DNA of 49,510 nt, filler included, from Stramenopiles sp. TOSAG23-2 (lineage: Eukaryota): the NCBI GenBank assembly GCA_900128395.1. It is 2 parts of 2 records of this genome, joined end to end, with 100 filler letters (N's around TTAATTAATTAA, not from the genome) between each part and the next. Parts side by side here need not be neighbours in the genome. Positions count along the whole stretch, not along the records: positions 24,909 to 49,510 come from LT649461.1; 1 more part is not named here. One strand, written 5' to 3'. Every line of letters begins with the position of its first letter. Position 1 is the first letter of the stretch. Below, in pieces: positions 46,274-49,510 of the stretch. A program made the translations under genes and the position numbers. Under the pieces are notes generated by a model that saw nothing but the letters and a program-made list of their open reading frames with translations, did no database searches and had not been told where the DNA came from.

Positions 46274-48442
46274 TTATACCAAAGTAAAAGAAAAGTTACT
46301 TTTATTATACGCGTTTGCAGAAACGAATTGTCTACCATAGCCTTGTTTCGACATTCCATCCCAATCCTTTGACACATCGTGTCGTTCCAGCGAATCCTTT
46401 GCCTCCGTATATTTTTGATAAAATTCCTTTCGCCGTTTTTCTAAATATTCCAGTTTAATATCTTTCAATTTGTGTATTTTTTCTAAATATTCTTCAGTTG
46501 TATAACATGATTTACAACAAGGTGGCATTTCTATTTGATACGTTGCATTGACTTCATTTCCATCAGCCCAGTGAGAAAACTTACCATTGTTATCAAGTAC
46601 CATTGTTTGCATCGTTCCCCATTGTTCAGGATCAAATCTCCCGTGATGCGGAAGTCTTTGCACTGGTAGGGTCACATATGGATATGTATTCCGTATACTA
46701 ACAATGCCATGTCCTTTTCTGTTCCTGGGGGGGACTCTAAAACGGTCTACCTCTTCTTTCGTTTTAATTGTTTGAGATTCAGTACTGTATGTTATTGCTT
46801 TCGTATAAAGTAATTCTTGACACATTGCACATCTGCGTGTTAATTTGGGTAAATCAATATACCAACCAATAACTTCCCTTGCTAATTGCCATAACTCGTA
46901 TTTAACGCCTTTAACTTTAATCGAAGCAGCGTATTTAACATTTTCAAATTTAATCGAAGCAGTTGAATCGCCAATGTTGAGTTTTAATTCACCTTCCACG
47001 ACACAGCCTGTTTCGAATCTACCTGTTAATTCGACAAATTTTATATCATGGTCTTTTAGAACTGAAGAAAATTTATAATCATTGGGCCACTTATAGGTAC
47101 CAATACCATGTAAACAATCTAATTGAAGCATTCCACTGTACATACGGCCATCATCAAACTTTTGTTTCACCATACCATTCATGAAAATCTTCCATGATTC
47201 TTCATAGACGAAATCTCCTTTGCAATTAAATTTTCCTTTCATAAAGTCACTAATGTTTTTTTTATAATAACGATCACTATCAGTTACAGTAAGTGAACCA
47301 TTTTTATATTGCGTGTAAGAATGGTTATTAATGCAAATTGATTTTCCTACTCCTTTCGGTATACCATATTTAAACTCTGCCTCGAATTCAGAGCAACATT
47401 TTGGTACACTTATGATGCATTTACCGCATTTACACGATTCTTTCCATTTTCCATTGATAGTCATACCATCTGAATAACTATATATTCCTTCTCCATGGTA
47501 TTCATCATTCTTCCACTGACCCTCATAACCTCCACCGCCATAATACGTAAGCTTGCCATTGCCGTGTTTTTTTCCATTCTTAAAGTCACCAACGTACGTT
47601 TCTTGTTGTGACGGTATATATTCCGTACCTTTACCATGTGGTTTTCCTCTCGTGGTATCGCCAACATATTCCGTACGATTTTTGTCACTATATATTATTT
47701 TTTGTTGTCCATTTTTAGAAATAATAAAACTTTTACAAGGTGTTGTTGACAGACCCAACAGTTGCGGATTATGAAGTATATTTTGATCCGTATATCGAAT
47801 CTTCTCTATGGTCTTTGTGACTGGAGAAAATACTGCCAAATGCTTGGGAGGTAAGGAATCTTTTTTTTTTGGAGAAAAAAGTAGTCTTACGTTTACAGTG
47901 TCAGCATGTATTAAATCTGATAGTACCACAGAACAACCCTTATTTGATGGAAATGCACACCACGCTTTTTTCTTTTTACGATTAATCCATCTTATTACTC
48001 CAACTTCACTATATATTACTCCAACTTCATTTGGATTTTCTTTTAACATGATTTTTTCACCCGCTTCAAATCGACGACCTGACATTTTTATTACCATAGG
48101 ATCAGTTTCATTCAGTCGCTTCATGTGTTTATAGAATCTTTTCTTTTGGACTCGAGTACCATCAGCATACCACGTCCTTGTAAATAAACCTTGATACATT
48201 TTTTTCTCAGCTGGTGTAACAGGACTTCCATACTTATCATATTGTGTCTTACGCGGTTTATATTTTCCTCTGGTACCAGCATGTTTAATGCCGGAACGGT
48301 GTTTTCTCACAGCTTCTCGATTTTTATAATTTTTGATGAGAAGATCCTCTTTCAGCTTTTTCTTTTTTGCTCGACATTTGCGCACTCTATCTTTACTATT
48401 ATTTTCCCTTTTCCTTTTTTTCCTTTCTGCGCTTGTATCCAT
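46274..48442 (-). CDS. MORN-repeat protein with basic NLS-like N-terminus and C-terminal Cys pairs, 722 aa
   Basis: YVGDTTRGKPHGKG, YVGDFKNGKKHGNG, YEGQWKNDEYHGEG, YSGMLQLDCLHGIGTY are MORN repeats; CAMC and CKSC pairs. Confidence 0.85.
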   Translation of the reverse strand: MDTSAERKKRKRENNSKDRVRKCRAKKKKLKEDLLIKNYKNREAVRKHRSGIKHAGTRGKYKPRKTQYDKYGSPVTPAEKKMYQGLFTRTWYADGTRVQKKRFYKHMKRLNETDPMVIKMSGRRFEAGEKIMLKENPNEVGVIYSEVGVIRWINRKKKKAWCAFPSNKGCSVVLSDLIHADTVNVRLLFSPKKKDSLPPKHLAVFSPVTKTIEKIRYTDQNILHNPQLLGLSTTPCKSFIISKNGQQKIIYSDKNRTEYVGDTTRGKPHGKGTEYIPSQQETYVGDFKNGKKHGNGKLTYYGGGGYEGQWKNDEYHGEGIYSYSDGMTINGKWKESCKCGKCIISVPKCCSEFEAEFKYGIPKGVGKSICINNHSYTQYKNGSLTVTDSDRYYKKNISDFMKGKFNCKGDFVYEESWKIFMNGMVKQKFDDGRMYSGMLQLDCLHGIGTYKWPNDYKFSSVLKDHDIKFVELTGRFETGCVVEGELKLNIGDSTASIKFENVKYAASIKVKGVKYELWQLAREVIGWYIDLPKLTRRCAMCQELLYTKAITYSTESQTIKTKEEVDRFRVPPRNRKGHGIVSIRNTYPYVTLPVQRLPHHGRFDPEQWGTMQTMVLDNNGKFSHWADGNEVNATYQIEMPPCCKSCYTTEEYLEKIHKLKDIKLEYLEKRRKEFYQKYTEAKDSLERHDVSKDWDGMSKQGYGRQFVSANAYNKSNFSFTLV

Positions 48443-49110
48443 TCTGTTGGCAATATGTATATATTGATTGTTTGTATAATCAACTTCTTGTATTCGAAAC
48501 TTTATTATAATAGTCTGTATATAAATCTACTACTTGATAGTTTTAGATGAACTTTTACCAAATTATTCCACTATTAGAACTATAGTTTAGAAAAAAAGTT
48601 GTCGGAATATTGACAACCACAAATTCCACGTTTCTATACTTCTTACATTACCATTACCATCTTGTGTCACTACAAAACCAAAAAGGCAAGACCAGTTTTG
48701 TCGCACAACACTGTAAGACGACTAAACTGTTCTACTGTAACTGTCGGACGCAGTGCGGACGTGCGGACGGCGTTACTTCCTTACAGGCGAATACCAGCTA
48801 CTAAAATACACTGTATGTGCTAGTAAGAGCACAGCATAGAGTGTTGATAAACATAAATTCAGATGGTTGTTTTCACACATATATATATACAGGTGATACC
48901 ATATATAACATAGACAGTGGTATAGAGAGCGTATAAAATATACGTAATATACAGATAGAGAATTCAAATATTAATATAAATCCGTAAGACTTTCAGGAGA
49001 AGTCATTATTACGAATATAATCAGTTTAGTTAAGCTTCTAGGTAATAGGCCCTTGAAGAAAAGTGTGTTTTCCAAAAGCGACACAATTTAAACAAAATCA
49101 TTTTAGAAAT

Positions 49111-49171
49111 CTTAAAAAAAAAAAAAATTTATAAAAAAAAAAAAAAAATTTAAAAAAAAAAAAAAAAATTT
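49111..49171. repeat. Three tandem poly-A/TTT units (~20 bp)
   Basis: tt(a)n-ttt-(a)n-ttt-(a)n-ttt. Confidence 0.8.
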
Positions 49172-49266
49172 AGTGTAACACAAGCACAACAACATCTTCT
49201 TTTATTAGTCTAATATGCTATCAAATTACCAACAAGTACAAATACTGGCCAATTACTATATGAAGT

Positions 49267-49510
49267 TAATTAATCTTTACCTACCCTTTGATGTGTTACT
49301 CAATCGTTATAATAAAATAGATAAATAAGTAAATAAACTACTACAGATTTATGTACTTAAAAATTAAAATTGCATATAAATATTAAACTACTTAAATTAT
49401 ATAAATTATTTCCTTTAATTTATTTCCTTTGAAACCCCTACACATCAGGGCAGGGAATTAATCTTTACCTACCCTTTGATGTGTACACTGTACCCTTATA
49501 ATAAAATAGA
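49267..49510. repeat. Direct repeat pair at the window end
   Basis: aattaatctttacctaccctttgatgtgt...ttataataaaataga occurs at ~49268 and ~49456. Confidence 0.8.

Overview
AT-rich, gene-dense eukaryotic nuclear DNA (poly-Asn tracts, short GT-AG introns of 68-136 nt with CTAAC branch points, (CA)n/(TA)n microsatellites, three N-gaps). It probably comes from a protist draft or single-cell/metagenome assembly; stramenopile-like is an inference. About 25 protein genes or fragments are present: a PX-GOLD-coiled-coil protein, a large Cys-rich membrane-anchored protein, a double-hotdog thioesterase, a saposin-like protein, a kinase-receiver-kinase protein, ankyrin, VOC/glyoxalase, acyltransferase, ependymin-like, Kelch, metallophosphoesterase, Nup93, D-serine dehydratase-like, FN3-CaaX and MORN proteins. 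The main finding, missed by the ORF track, is a selenium locus at 8.3-11.5 kb. It has (i) a 246-aa AhpC/TSA thioredoxin-fold selenoprotein with in-frame TGA in RGNW-U-PMC and a C-terminal CaaX box (CMIQ), (ii) a 3'UTR SECIS with a canonical core and helix II but an unusually long (~70 nt) apical stem, and (iii) two identical tRNA-Sec(UCA) genes about 2 kb away on the same strand. Also present are three single-base frameshift candidates, a MITE-like foldback element and many short local tandem duplications.
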